Of a stretch of DNA of 64,000 bases, positions 19,254 to 29,812 are shown piece after piece. Numbering within the stretch: the first letter of the stretch is position 1; each line of letters begins with the position of its first letter. The notes beneath the pieces were generated by a model. The model was not told the DNA's origin. It ran no database searches and worked only from the letters and a program-made list of their open reading frames with translations. The position numbers were made by a program, and so were the translations under genes. This stretch comes from Candidatus Leptofilum sp. (GTDB lineage: Bacteria; Chloroflexota; Anaerolineae; Promineifilales; Promineifilaceae): contig NZ_OZ244997.1 in the NCBI RefSeq assembly GCF_965223285.1, forward strand, positions 3,919,150-3,983,149, given 5' to 3'.

Positions 19254-20257
19254 GCAGTTGCTCCAACTAAGCTTTGTTCACGAACTTCTTCCCAACGCCA
19301 ACACGCTACCGAATGATTTGGTGCCACCGGTTTGAGCGGCGGATTTTCCTGAAGGCATTTGTCTATGACGAAAGGGCAACGCGGGGCAAAAGGACAGCTA
19401 TTTGGCTCCTGAAGCAAATCGGGGGGTAACCCTTTGATAGTGTACAGTCTTGTTTTTTCTTTTTCGTCAATTTTGGGGATTGATTCCAGCAAACCGAGCG
19501 TGTAAGGGTGGCTGGTTTTTTTGTAGACATCATGCACTGGACCTTGTTCAATAATGAATCCAGCATACATGACTGAAACCTTATCTACCATGCCAGCCAC
19601 GATGCCTAAGTCGTGTGTGATCCAAATGATAGCCATGCCAAGCTCATCTTGCAGCCGCTTGACCAAATCTACAATTTGAGCCTGAATAGTGACATCCAGG
19701 GCCGTTGTAGGCTCATCTGCAATCAAAATAGAGGGATTGCAGCTAAGAGCCATGGCAATCATAATGCGCTGCCGCTGACCACCAGAAAATTGATGGGGAA
19801 AATCTTTTAGTCGATCGGCTGAATCGGGAATACCTACAATTCTGAGCAGCTCGGCAGCACGCTCGTTGGCTTTTTCTTCATCCATAGCCAGGTGAAGACG
19901 GAGGGCTTCGGTAAGTTGTTGACCTACAGTAAGGACCGGGTTGAGGGAGGTCATGGGGTCCTGGAAGATCATGGCCAGGTCACGCCCACGTATCTGACGC
20001 ATTTCACCAGCAGATAGCTTAAGCAGATCACGGCCGTTGTACAGGACTTCGCCAGCTTCCACTTTTCCAGGCGGGTCTGGAATGAGTCCCATAATGGAGA
20101 GGACACCGACAGATTTGCCAGAACCGCTTTCCCCAACAATTGCCATCGACTCCCCTTCTTTTAGGGTATAGCTGATGCCATTGACTGCATGAACAATGCC
20201 GTCTTCGGTGTAAAACCGAGTTACCAGGTCAGATACTTCAAGTATGGGTGTGGTCAT
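19250..20257 (-). CDS. ABC ATP-binding protein, OppD/DppD-like
   Basis: Walker A GESGSGKS, signature [15 protein letters not shown], Walker [13 protein letters not shown]. 4-nt overlap with the next gene. Confidence 0.92.
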   Translation of the reverse strand: MTTPILEVSDLVTRFYTEDGIVHAVNGISYTLKEGESMAIVGESGSGKSVGVLSIMGLIPDPPGKVEAGEVLYNGRDLLKLSAGEMRQIRGRDLAMIFQDPMTSLNPVLTVGQQLTEALRLHLAMDEEKANERAAELLRIVGIPDSADRLKDFPHQFSGGQRQRIMIAMALSCNPSILIADEPTTALDVTIQAQIVDLVKRLQDELGMAIIWITHDLGIVAGMVDKVSVMYAGFIIEQGPVHDVYKKTSHPYTLGLLESIPKIDEKEKTRLYTIKGLPPDLLQEPNSCPFAPRCPFVIDKCLQENPPLKPVAPNHSVACWRWEEVREQSLVGATA

Positions 20258-20590
20258 AGATTTTTAACTACCGATTTGGTGAAAGAAGATTTTTGAGTTG
20301 AGTAGATGCAGGCTACTTTTTGATTACTCATCTTCCTATAATAATAAAAGAGTGTACATCCTGCTTGGCAAATGAGCAAGCTGAAAACAGAAAAATCGGT
20401 ATCTTTTTGGCGTCATTATGGTGACCTATTGGTACTATAACGGGGTTTTGGGTGCAATGCAAGTCCTAATTTGGCAACGGCCGTACATGCCTCGCCGATT
20501 TTACTGTACCATCTGCGCAAAACGGAGAAATTGACGGGCTGGTGGTTTGGCTCAAAGGCAAAAAAGTGCATGAGAAACCGGGTACGCGTA

Positions 20591-21061
20591 ATGAAATTGC
20601 TATTATTATTGTTGATGCTTTGTTTGGGGGGAACGGCCGTCATCTTGCTAACTGCCCGTATCTTTTGGGGTGGGGTGCTGCAAGAGCCAACATCGGTTGA
20701 TGTACAGCTAGATGCACCAGCCCAAGTGGTGCTTGGCGAGCCTTTTGAGGTGACCCTGCATCTGACGAACTTGATTACCGCCAGCCAAACCTTGCACAGC
20801 ATTGATATTGCTACGGGCTATTTGGACAATGTGCCGTTGAATCGCTCCGAACCTGCATACACTGAGCTGAAAACACTGCCCTTGTCTCGCTTTACAATGG
20901 TTACATTTGAGCAGGAAATTCCTGTCGATGGTTCAACGACAGTTACTTTGCAATTTGTGGGGGAAGCTGTTGGTACGTTTGAGGGGATATTAGATGTGTG
21001 CCTGCAGGATGGCACGCTTTGCCTGGCCGTGCCTTTGGAAACGGCCGTTGTTGAAAGGTAG
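20591..21061 (+). CDS. Hypothetical membrane-anchored protein (Ig-like beta domain?)
   Basis: MKLLLLLLMLCLGGTAVILL anchor. Start chosen at the ATG at 20591; the track ORF begins at 20471. Confidence 0.5.
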   Translation: MKLLLLLLMLCLGGTAVILLTARIFWGGVLQEPTSVDVQLDAPAQVVLGEPFEVTLHLTNLITASQTLHSIDIATGYLDNVPLNRSEPAYTELKTLPLSRFTMVTFEQEIPVDGSTTVTLQFVGEAVGTFEGILDVCLQDGTLCLAVPLETAVVER

Positions 21062-21097
21062 AGACGCTGCATTGCAACGCCTCTACCTGGAGATGAA

Positions 21098-22336
21098 TTA
21101 CATATTGTCTACAATTGCTTGCGCAAACTCGGAGCATTTCAGCTTGGTGGCCCCTTCAATTTGGCGGTGCAAGTCGTAGGTCACCGTCTTGTTCTGAATC
21201 GTTTTGGTCATTGCTTCCACAATCATTTCACCAGCTTCGATCCAGCCCATATACTCCAGCATCATTACGCCGCTTAGGATGAGGCTGCCAGGATTCACCT
21301 GGTCTTTGCCAGCGTACTTGGGTGCCGTGCCGTGCGTTGCCTCAAACAGGGCCACGCCATCACCAATATTGCCGCCGGGGGCCATGCCCAAACCGCCTAC
21401 CTGGGCCGCAGCCGCATCGCTCATGTAGTCGCCATTGAGGTTGAGGGTAGCGATCACGTCATAATCTTTGGTGCGGGTGAGTAGCTGTTGCAGCATGTTG
21501 TCAGCAATCACATCCTTGATGACGATCTCTTTGCCCGTGTTGGGGTTCTTCATGATGTGCCAGGGGCCGCCTTCCCAGGGCTCGGCACCAAACTCATCAC
21601 GCGCCAGCTCGTAGCCCCAATCGCGGAAAGCCCCTTCAGTGAACTTCATAATATTGCCTTTGTGGACCAGGCTTACAGAGCTGCGGTCGTGGTCGATGGC
21701 ATATTGCATTGCCTGGCGAACCAGTCGCTTGGTGCCAAATTCGCTCACTGGCTTGATGCCGATTGCAGATGCGTCGCGTACGGTTTTGCCCAATTCATCC
21801 CGCAAGAAAGCAATGAGCTTGTTGGCTTCATTAGAGTTGGCCACAAATTCCACGCCAGAATATACGTCTTCTGTATTTTCGCGGAAGAGGACGATGTCCA
21901 TTAGCTCTGGGCGTGCCATTGGGCTGGGGGTGCCGGGGATGTAGCGTACGGGGCGAACGCAGGCGTATAGATCAAGTACTTGGCGCAAGGTCACATTCAG
22001 GCTGCGGAAGCCACCGCCGACCGGAGTGGTAAGGGGGCCTTTGATGCCGACAACGAATTCGCGCATGGCGTCGAAGGTTTCTTCTGGCATGTAGTTGCCA
22101 TCGTACAGGCTGGCTGCTTTTTCACCGGAGTAGATTTCCATCCAGGCAATTTTGCGCTTGCCGCCGTACGCTTTTTCTACGGCCGAATTCCACACGTGCA
22201 GCGAAGCGGGGGTGATGTCTACGCCAATGCCATCGCCTTCGATGTAAGCAACGATAGGATTGTCGGGGACGTTTAGCTGGCCGTTGGCGTAGGTGATTTT
22301 TTCACCATTGGGTACTTTAATATTGAGATAGCTCAT
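21098..22336 (-). CDS. icd: NADP-dependent isocitrate dehydrogenase
   Basis: Prokaryotic homodimeric IDH pattern: [43 protein letters not shown]. Confidence 0.93.
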   Translation of the reverse strand: MSYLNIKVPNGEKITYANGQLNVPDNPIVAYIEGDGIGVDITPASLHVWNSAVEKAYGGKRKIAWMEIYSGEKAASLYDGNYMPEETFDAMREFVVGIKGPLTTPVGGGFRSLNVTLRQVLDLYACVRPVRYIPGTPSPMARPELMDIVLFRENTEDVYSGVEFVANSNEANKLIAFLRDELGKTVRDASAIGIKPVSEFGTKRLVRQAMQYAIDHDRSSVSLVHKGNIMKFTEGAFRDWGYELARDEFGAEPWEGGPWHIMKNPNTGKEIVIKDVIADNMLQQLLTRTKDYDVIATLNLNGDYMSDAAAAQVGGLGMAPGGNIGDGVALFEATHGTAPKYAGKDQVNPGSLILSGVMMLEYMGWIEAGEMIVEAMTKTIQNKTVTYDLHRQIEGATKLKCSEFAQAIVDNM

Positions 22337-22583
22337 GGTTTGGTTCTCCTTGGTCTCTTGTCACGGCATCTTTTAAGATGGCTTGTTTCCGTGAAATATC
22401 TGAGGTGAATCCATACAAAACAAGCCAGCAAATAGGCTGTTTGCATGTCTATGGGTATGAATTCTGTTAAGTCTGAACTTGGTTTGGGTTCCAGCTTGAT
22501 TATACGCGATTGGGAAGAATGGGAAAGTGGGAAACGGCCGTATCCGGGAAGTTGGGGTGGGATACGGCCGCTTGGCAGTTTGT

Positions 22584-24113
22584 TTATCGTTCAGGCAAAC
22601 GAATGCGAACATTGGCGGGGGCATCGTGCTGAGCCGCAACTGGCATATGCATGATGCCAGCAGGTGCACCTGCTGGCACGGGCACCATCACATCTTCAAT
22701 TTTGGCTTCTTTAACACGGCACCACATGTCAGTGTGAATGGTATGTTTTTGAGCACGTACTTGGTTCCCTATGGCTTGGCCAAACGTATTGAATTCTGGC
22801 GGATCGCGAAACAAACCAACCAAATCGAGTCCGCCTGAGTCGTTGCGGTTTACTGACATCCATTGAATATCAAAATGCTGATTGCCAACTTCCAATGCCT
22901 GGCGCGCTTCCCAAGTGACCAGTCGTGTCATGTTTGCTACGCTATGAAAAACAGGAGGTGGTAATTCTCTATCAACCTGCCCCACAAACTGCTTGACAGC
23001 AGCCATGCCAATGAAAACCGCAACAAGGGTTGGGATTCCCACACTAACTCCCCACACAGTCAGAAAGCCTAAATTAGCAACAAGATCGCCCTTCAAACCT
23101 TCAATTGCATTTTTACGTGCCTCTGTTATGGCGTCTAATTCTGCAGTGCGTCGCACTTGAATAGCAGTTTCACTTTCAGCTTGAATTTGTTCCAGAGCAG
23201 TTTCTGATGCAACCACTGTATCAGCTAGCCTATCAGATAATGTATCAATTTCTGCTTCCACTGAAGGCAAATCTTCGCTGGGTAGCTCATCTAGCAAATC
23301 TTGCATCTGTCCGGCTATATCGGCGAACTCATCTTGAGTAGCATCTATTTGCTGATTTACAGACAGGGAGACGGCCGTTGCTGCCTCATCAACTTCACTT
23401 TCCGGGGAATCTTGGGCAAGTTCCAGAAATATGCGGAAGGATGTAGGGGCTAATGAAAAAAATATAATTGGGAAAACAATCGTAAATAAGAAAATAAGAA
23501 TACCACCTCGTATCCAAAGTTCGGTTTCCTTGCTTCTTCTTTTGGGAAGCACTTTTTTCACGTGTTGGTTTTCCCGTAAGCCACTCCATTCACGAGTCAG
23601 CTCCCAAATGGTGCCAAAAATGGCTGCTGGTATTGCTACCAAAAGAACAGCAGCTTTGCCCAGGTGAATATCCATAAAGAAAATCAAGGTCAAAGCGAGT
23701 GCGACAAAAGACCACAACACATAGTTAGCCAGACGCACTACCGGGAAGCGCTGCTGCATGCCCTGATTATTGGTCTGGAGTAACGCGAGCCAATTGCGAT
23801 TATCGGCACCGCAGCGGGGGCAGTTGACGGCATACGGCGTAAATTCAAAGGGTTGCTGTTCGTTGATGCGGCCCGGCAGCTGCTGCGCCTGACGCGGCGT
23901 TGGTACCACCGGACGTTGCTGTCGCTGCGGCTCATAGTATAGATTAACAGTGTTGGGCACGTTGGGTAGCACCCGCCAATCACCACTGCCCCCTTCAGTA
24001 ACGGCAAACTTCTCTTTGCAGCTTACACAGGTGATGTGTCGGGTGGTGTAGACATTGGGGAAATTTGGACGTTCGAACACGGTACACCTCTTGGATGATG
24101 ACGGCCGTTTCAT
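22584..24113 (-). CDS. Hypothetical zinc-ribbon / 4-TM / acidic coiled-coil membrane protein
   Basis: CVSC...CPRC pairs at the N-terminus, three TM helices, a ~100-aa acidic helical segment, a fourth TM helix, and a ~130-aa C-terminal domain. I recognise no family. Confidence 0.55.
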   Translation of the reverse strand: MKRPSSSKRCTVFERPNFPNVYTTRHITCVSCKEKFAVTEGGSGDWRVLPNVPNTVNLYYEPQRQQRPVVPTPRQAQQLPGRINEQQPFEFTPYAVNCPRCGADNRNWLALLQTNNQGMQQRFPVVRLANYVLWSFVALALTLIFFMDIHLGKAAVLLVAIPAAIFGTIWELTREWSGLRENQHVKKVLPKRRSKETELWIRGGILIFLFTIVFPIIFFSLAPTSFRIFLELAQDSPESEVDEAATAVSLSVNQQIDATQDEFADIAGQMQDLLDELPSEDLPSVEAEIDTLSDRLADTVVASETALEQIQAESETAIQVRRTAELDAITEARKNAIEGLKGDLVANLGFLTVWGVSVGIPTLVAVFIGMAAVKQFVGQVDRELPPPVFHSVANMTRLVTWEARQALEVGNQHFDIQWMSVNRNDSGGLDLVGLFRDPPEFNTFGQAIGNQVRAQKHTIHTDMWCRVKEAKIEDVMVPVPAGAPAGIMHMPVAAQHDAPANVRIRLPER

Positions 24114-24539
24114 TGTTACTGCTATGGAACCACCATCACAAGCCCTCCACTGGCTGGAGGATACAGATACAAATGGACAGACAATACGGAACTAACAACC
24201 GTGACGCAGCATAGAAAATCTAAGGGTAAGGAACCTTTGCCCCAAAAATTCAATAGATACTACGACAAAATTTCATTACAACTATCCTGAATAGATGCCA
24301 AAAATGAGCGACCAATGGCAATTACACGGGTAGCATACAAAAAGTAACAAGAGCTGGCAAGGGTACTGTTTAATTTGGGTGCGATAAAAAGTTGTGTATA
24401 GCTCGGTCTTATGCCGACAGGATTCATTTTGCGCTCTCGTGATCATACACAGAAATTAATCGCCCCCGTTTAATTTTGGCCTGAAATCTACAGGAAAAAG
24501 TCTAAGGTGCCCGTTCATACAAATATACGCATTCCTGTC

Positions 24540-24566
24540 TTGACCTGCTGCAATTAGCTGTATAAT
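24540..24566 (+). promoter_or_regulatory. Candidate promoter of the protease gene
   Basis: TTGACC (24540-24545) and consensus TATAAT (24561-24566). The spacer is only 15 nt, so this is tentative. Confidence 0.4.
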
Positions 24567-24608
24567 GGCTCCATTCCATTGGAGTGCCGCAAAAAAAGGA
24601 GTAATCCC

Positions 24609-25730
24609 ATGACAACGTTTAGCCCTGAACAAATGGCGCAAGCAACGGCCGTACTTAATTCTGTTCGTGAAGATTGGTTAGCGCGTGAAGGCGTAACGGC
24701 CGTTGATCTTGGCTTCAAATGGTCACAAGGATTAATGACTGGCAGGCTCTCTATCCGAGTGCATGTCTCCCAAAAACGGCCAGAGGCTGATCTGACCGAA
24801 GCTGAATTATTCCCAGAAGAAATTGAGGGCATTCCAGTGGACGTGATCCAGGCGGAGTATGGCCTTCAATTGCTGCCCGGCAGTTCCCAACTAGAGGCTG
24901 CCCCTGAAGCCCGCAAGGCCCGCTACGATCCCATTCCGTTAGGTGTCAGTGCTGGGAATCCGCGCATCACGGCGGGTACGCTTGGTGCCAAAGTGTACGA
25001 TGCCACTACGCTAGTGCCAATGGCTTTGAGCAACTGGCACGTTTTTGCCGGATCGCCGGGTGCGGCCGTGGGTGAACCCATTTGGCAACCAGGGGCATTA
25101 GACGGCGGCAACAGTGGCGATACCTTTGCCACGTTGAGCCGCTTTGAGCTAGGGCCATATGATGCAGCCGTCGCTCAACTGACCAACGCACGCGACCTGC
25201 TCGGCGCAACGGTGGATGACGATGCCATTGAAGATGTAACGACACCCATTTTGGGCATGTTGGTTTGGAAAAGCGGCCGTACCACCGAACATACCAAAGG
25301 CTTCATTGATGGTGTGCAAATGACAACTTCCATCAACTATGGTGCGGCAGGCGTACGCCTTATTCAGGATGTTGTGCGCATTGTGCCTCGCCTTGGGGCA
25401 GGCAATGTAGAAATTAGCATGGGGGGCGATTCAGGCTCCATTTGGGTGGATGAGGACAGCGGCAAGGCGATTGGGCTGCATTTTGCGGGAGAGGTGGGCA
25501 ATGCCCCGGAACATGCACTCGCTTGCGAACTGCAACCGGTGCTTAGTCGGCTGAATGTGCTCATGCCAGCACAACGGCCGTCTCCACCAGACCCAACGCC
25601 AACGCCAGACCCTATCGAACCACCATCGCCCCCGCCAGATGATGATTCGTTCCCGCCACCGCCCCAACCTAACCTTTTCCAACGCCTCTTGCACAGTTGG
25701 CGCAGCTTTTGGCGCAATCTTTTTGGGTAA
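24609..25730 (+). CDS. Trypsin/chymotrypsin-fold serine protease with a Pro-rich tail and a C-terminal amphipathic helix
   Basis: SNWHV (His), YDAAVAQL (Asp), GGDSGS (Ser). There is no signal peptide. AAGGAG lies 7 nt before the ATG at 24609. Confidence 0.7.
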   Translation: MTTFSPEQMAQATAVLNSVREDWLAREGVTAVDLGFKWSQGLMTGRLSIRVHVSQKRPEADLTEAELFPEEIEGIPVDVIQAEYGLQLLPGSSQLEAAPEARKARYDPIPLGVSAGNPRITAGTLGAKVYDATTLVPMALSNWHVFAGSPGAAVGEPIWQPGALDGGNSGDTFATLSRFELGPYDAAVAQLTNARDLLGATVDDDAIEDVTTPILGMLVWKSGRTTEHTKGFIDGVQMTTSINYGAAGVRLIQDVVRIVPRLGAGNVEISMGGDSGSIWVDEDSGKAIGLHFAGEVGNAPEHALACELQPVLSRLNVLMPAQRPSPPDPTPTPDPIEPPSPPPDDDSFPPPPQPNLFQRLLHSWRSFWRNLFG

Positions 25731-25863
25731 AAGCGGGTAATTTTTACTGCGTTTCTTAATAATTTCTGAGCATAAACCGAATTGAGGAACGGCCGTTCCG
25801 GCCACTCGTTAAAATTAGAGATGGTATGTAAAAAACGTTTTCACATTGCGTAATGGGTTTGTA

Positions 25864-27606
25864 ATGGCAAAGAAGTTTGTGATTTTGATTAGTCTAGGTG
25901 TCTTTCTGCTGCTGGTTGGCTGTGCCGGGGCGGGTGCGGCTACCCCCGAGGTGCTGCCACCAACGGCCGTTCCCAGCACCCATACTCCCGCTTTGGATAC
26001 AGCCGTTCCCACCATTGCCATTCCCCCAACGAATACAGCCCCCCCACCACCACCGACTGAAACGGCCGCGCCCCCTGAAGCAGACCTCTCAATCGAGGCC
26101 GACGATATTTTTCTGTACCCTGTGCCAGAACTTTTTGCCGGGGATCGCGTCACCTTCCAAATTTTGGCGCACGTGCCGAGCAATGTGAACCCACAATCTG
26201 TCACTGTGCATGTGCTGGTAAATTACCAGGACGTTGCCAAGGGGACGCTCAGTGCCCGAAATTTGGCCGGAGATTCTGTAGGGCTTTTTGAATGGGCCTG
26301 GGACACCACCGGTGAAATAGGCGACCAGCTTGTGCATATCATTCTGGACCGATATGATGAAATTAGTGAGGGGGATGAAAACCGGGATAACAATGAAGTC
26401 GTGCTCACCGTTCCGGTGCGCGATCCGCAAAACTTACCCCCAAACGAACGGGGTGCCACCTGGGTGACGGCCGAAACCAACTGCTGCAATGTGCATGTGG
26501 TTAGCGGCACGGCCGCTTACCGGGATTTGCCTGAAATATTAATGACAGTAGAAACGGCCGTTGCCCAAGCTGCCGCTCGTTTAGAAGAAGTGCCCGGCCG
26601 CAAACTGGATGTCTACCTGATTGATCGGGTGATTGGGCAAGGTGGGTATGCCGGCAATGCCATGGTCGTTTCCTACCTGGATCGGCATTACGCCAGCCAG
26701 GGCTTTGAGCAAATATTGGTGCATGAAGCCGTCCATATCCTCGACCGCCAATTTGCCCCTGAGCGCATCCCGTTCTTGGCCGAAGGAATGGCCGTTTGGG
26801 GCACGGGAGGGCATTACAAAACAGAGAATATTCACCAACGCTCAGCCGCTTTGGTGGCACTGGATCAATACGTTCCCCTGGCACAGCTTATCGACAATTT
26901 TTATCCGGTACAGCACGAAATAGGCTATTTGGAAGCTGCCGGATTTGTCGCCTACCTCGTTGACACCTATGGTTTTCCTCAATTCAAAGCATTTTATGCT
27001 GACGTAACCGCCGAAGATGCAAACACTTTGTCCCAAGCAGTTGATCTCAATTTACAGCAATATTATGACCTGACGCTGGCCGAGGCCGAGGCGAACTGGC
27101 TCGCCTTCCTGGCCAATCTGCCCGAAAATCGTGCCGAGTTAATCGATCTTCAAACCACAGTTCGCTACTTTAACGTCATGCGTCGCTATCAACGCTTTTA
27201 TGATCCAACAGCATATTTTCTAACCGCCTGGTTGCCGTACCCGGGCGCACTGCAAACCGAGGGCAATCCAGCTGATCTGACGCGCCATCCTCAAGCAGAG
27301 ATCAATGTGACTTTAGAAGTCATGCTGCAAGCTGCCGATGCTGCTTTACGCATGGGGGATTACAACAAAGCCAATGTGCTGCTAGACAGCATCACCCGTG
27401 TGCTAGACAACGATGGCGTGTTTATTGATCCGTTAGCTGCCAGCCACCTGAGTCTAGTGCGCTCCCTCACTGAACAGGGGTATGAAGTGCAGTCGGTTAG
27501 TCTGGAGGGTGAGTATGCGGAAGTACAGGTGACTGGTTGGGGAACGGCCGTACTTACCCAACTATCCCTCACCTTATCTGGCCAAAACTGGATACTTTCC
27601 AACTAG
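25864..27606 (+). CDS. Lipoprotein with a CARDB-like domain and an HExxH (peptidase MA-like) domain
   Basis: Lipobox LLLVGCAG, a Pro/Thr linker, and ILVHEAVHILD. Confidence 0.65.
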   Translation: MAKKFVILISLGVFLLLVGCAGAGAATPEVLPPTAVPSTHTPALDTAVPTIAIPPTNTAPPPPPTETAAPPEADLSIEADDIFLYPVPELFAGDRVTFQILAHVPSNVNPQSVTVHVLVNYQDVAKGTLSARNLAGDSVGLFEWAWDTTGEIGDQLVHIILDRYDEISEGDENRDNNEVVLTVPVRDPQNLPPNERGATWVTAETNCCNVHVVSGTAAYRDLPEILMTVETAVAQAAARLEEVPGRKLDVYLIDRVIGQGGYAGNAMVVSYLDRHYASQGFEQILVHEAVHILDRQFAPERIPFLAEGMAVWGTGGHYKTENIHQRSAALVALDQYVPLAQLIDNFYPVQHEIGYLEAAGFVAYLVDTYGFPQFKAFYADVTAEDANTLSQAVDLNLQQYYDLTLAEAEANWLAFLANLPENRAELIDLQTTVRYFNVMRRYQRFYDPTAYFLTAWLPYPGALQTEGNPADLTRHPQAEINVTLEVMLQAADAALRMGDYNKANVLLDSITRVLDNDGVFIDPLAASHLSLVRSLTEQGYEVQSVSLEGEYAEVQVTGWGTAVLTQLSLTLSGQNWILSN

Positions 27607-27767
27607 CCAATCGCCAGCTTTTTTGCCTGTGGCAGCATGGATAAATTTTTACTTTATGCTACAATGCCATACAGTTGAACAGTACAGAAATCACTGTTCT
27701 TACGAAGTTTCAGGCACTTGTCATCAACCAGCAAAACACCGACACGTGCCCCCGAAAGAGGAAAAAC

Positions 27768-28277
27768 ATGATCGAAGTTGTCGTAGACAGCATCCGCATT
27801 AGCCTTGTTTCCCAACATCGCATCGTGGTGCTCAAAGAAACTGATAGTGAACGCCAACTGCCCATCTGGATTGGCCCCTACGAAGCGGATGCCATCACCA
27901 TTGAGTTACAAGACGTAGAAATGGCCCGCCCTGTTACCCATGATTTGCTGAAAAATGTTATCTCTGAAATGGGCGGCAAAGTGTCCCACGTGCTAATTAA
28001 AGCATTGAATGAAGGCGTATTCTACGCCAGTCTTTTTATTGATGTGAACGGCGAGATGAAAGAGATCGACAGCCGTTCCTCTGATGCCATTGCCCTGGCC
28101 GTGCGCGTAAAAGTGCCCGTCTTTGTAAACCAGGACGTGATGGACGAAGTCGGCGTCTTGCCAGAGCCAGACATTTTGCAAGAAGAATCTTCTAGTGGCG
28201 AAGCACCCGATGGCGAAACGCTTGACATTTTTACAGACTTCGTTGATACACTCGATTTTGAAGACTTCGACGAATAG
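27768..28277 (+). CDS. Bifunctional nuclease family protein (DUF151)
   Basis: VLKE....LPIWIG..EA.AI.....V...RP.THDLL ... DSR.SDAIALAVR pattern. RBS AAGAGGAAAAAC precedes the ATG. Confidence 0.8.
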   Translation: MIEVVVDSIRISLVSQHRIVVLKETDSERQLPIWIGPYEADAITIELQDVEMARPVTHDLLKNVISEMGGKVSHVLIKALNEGVFYASLFIDVNGEMKEIDSRSSDAIALAVRVKVPVFVNQDVMDEVGVLPEPDILQEESSSGEAPDGETLDIFTDFVDTLDFEDFDE

Positions 28278-28318
28278 TTTTTGGTAACCAAGCAAACAAT
28301 CAAAACCACAACTTTTAG

Positions 28319-28356
28319 ACGTGAAATGCGCCAAACGTGCATTTCACGTTTTTATT
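28319..28356 (+). terminator. Intrinsic terminator after the DUF151 gene
   Basis: ACGTGAAATGC (28319-28329) / GCATTTCACGT (28339-28349), followed by TTTTATT. Confidence 0.8.
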
Positions 28357-28441
28357 CACACAATTTTTCTGCCAGCTACAGAGAAGCAGAGAACTTGAGA
28401 CCCTCAAAATCCTCTGTGTTCTCTGTGGCCAAAACAAGTCC

Positions 28442-29782
28442 ATGAGTACAGTTGAACGCTTGCCCCCCCACAGTTTGGAAGCTGAAGAAGCCGTCCTTGG
28501 CTCGCTGCTCATCGACCCAGATGCGCTGTTTGAAGTTTCCAACTTCTTGCGTCCTGAGGCGTTCTATCGCACGGCCAACAAATGGATATATGAAGCCATT
28601 CTCGGTCTGAGTGAACGGCGAGAGCCATTGGATTTTGTGACGCTCACTGAAGAGTTGCGGCGGCGCGAACAGCTTGAAGAAGTGGGCGGCGAGGCGTATG
28701 TAATCAGCCTCATCAATGCGGTGCCAACGGCGATTAATGCGCGTAACTACGGCAAGCTGGTAGAAGCGGCCGCTTTGCGGCGTAAGCTCATCGGCGCGGC
28801 TGGCACCATTGCTAACCTGGCCTATGACGAAGCAGAAGACATCAATGTCGTCATAGACCGCGCTGAGACGGCCCTGTTTAGCATTAGCGAGCAGCGAACT
28901 ACGCGGGATTTAGTGCCGGTTAAGCAAATTGCAGGCGAATATTTGGATCGCGTTCAGAGGCTGATGGAGCAGGGGGACGACGTTATTGGCGTGCCTACCG
29001 GCTTTACTGACCTGGATCGGTTGCTGGGTGGCCTGAATCGCTCCGACCTGCTCATTTTAGCGGCGCGGCCCGGTATGGGGAAGACCAGTTTGCAAAACGC
29101 CATCGCGCTAACGGCCGCGATGCGGTACGGCAAGCGGGTAGCTATGTTCAACCTGGAAATGTCCGGAGAGCAGCTTGTGCAGCGCATGATTGCTTCCGAA
29201 ACACGTATCGACTCGCAGCGGCTGCGGCGCGGCCAACTGCATGAGCATGAACTGCCTATTTTTATGGAGGCGATCGGCCGTTTGTCTGAAACGCGCATTT
29301 TTATTGATGATACGCCCTCAATTACGCCTAACCAGCTCCGTACCAAGTGCCGCCGCCTCTATGCAGAACATGGCCTGGACCTGGTTATTATTGATTATTT
29401 GCAATTAATGACGGCCGAACATACCAGCAACAACCGCGTCATGGAAATTAGCGAGATTTCACGCAGCCTCAAAGGGCTGGCGCGTGAGCTGGACGTACCG
29501 GTGCTGGCTGCGGCTCAGCTCAGCCGTGCCGTGGAGCAACGGCAAGATAAGCACCCCCAACTTTCTGACCTTCGTGACTCCGGCAGTATTGAGCAGGATG
29601 CAGACATTGTGATGTTTATTTATCGGGATGAATATTACAATCCAGATACCACAGAACGGCCGAATATCGCTGAGCTCGCCATTGCCAAACACCGCAACGG
29701 CCCCACCGGAGTAGTAGACCTCTACTGGCACAGCAAACTCGCCACCTTCCGCAACCTGCAACGCCAAGAAATTAATTTGTAA
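28442..29782 (+). CDS. dnaB: Replicative DNA helicase DnaB
   Basis: [17 protein letters not shown]-terminus, Walker [26 protein letters not shown], and the [11 protein letters not shown]-terminus. The track ORF's upstream extension overlaps the terminator, so the start is set at 28442. Confidence 0.93.
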   Translation: MSTVERLPPHSLEAEEAVLGSLLIDPDALFEVSNFLRPEAFYRTANKWIYEAILGLSERREPLDFVTLTEELRRREQLEEVGGEAYVISLINAVPTAINARNYGKLVEAAALRRKLIGAAGTIANLAYDEAEDINVVIDRAETALFSISEQRTTRDLVPVKQIAGEYLDRVQRLMEQGDDVIGVPTGFTDLDRLLGGLNRSDLLILAARPGMGKTSLQNAIALTAAMRYGKRVAMFNLEMSGEQLVQRMIASETRIDSQRLRRGQLHEHELPIFMEAIGRLSETRIFIDDTPSITPNQLRTKCRRLYAEHGLDLVIIDYLQLMTAEHTSNNRVMEISEISRSLKGLARELDVPVLAAAQLSRAVEQRQDKHPQLSDLRDSGSIEQDADIVMFIYRDEYYNPDTTERPNIAELAIAKHRNGPTGVVDLYWHSKLATFRNLQRQEINL

Positions 29783-29812
29783 TTGGGTGGCTTCATCAAG
29801 TGTTACAAACAA

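Noticed and set aside
20258-20590. tRNA or small RNA gene in the large spacers (also 22337-22583, 24114-24608 and 46022-46228)
   Set aside because: No cloverleaf-compatible acceptor or T-arm (GTTCRANNC) pattern was seen by eye. This cannot be fully excluded without a covariance-model scan.
25364-25805. Minus-strand ORFs of 117 and 124 aa
   Set aside because: They are antisense to the proline-rich tail of the protease. The Gly/Trp/Arg-rich sequence is the complement of CCN codons.
28381-28433. LexA/Cheo-type SOS box (GAAC-N4-GTTC) upstream of dnaB
   Set aside because: GAAC and GTTC are present but 23 nt apart. The ycaQ copy of the shared 18-mer has no GTTC partner.
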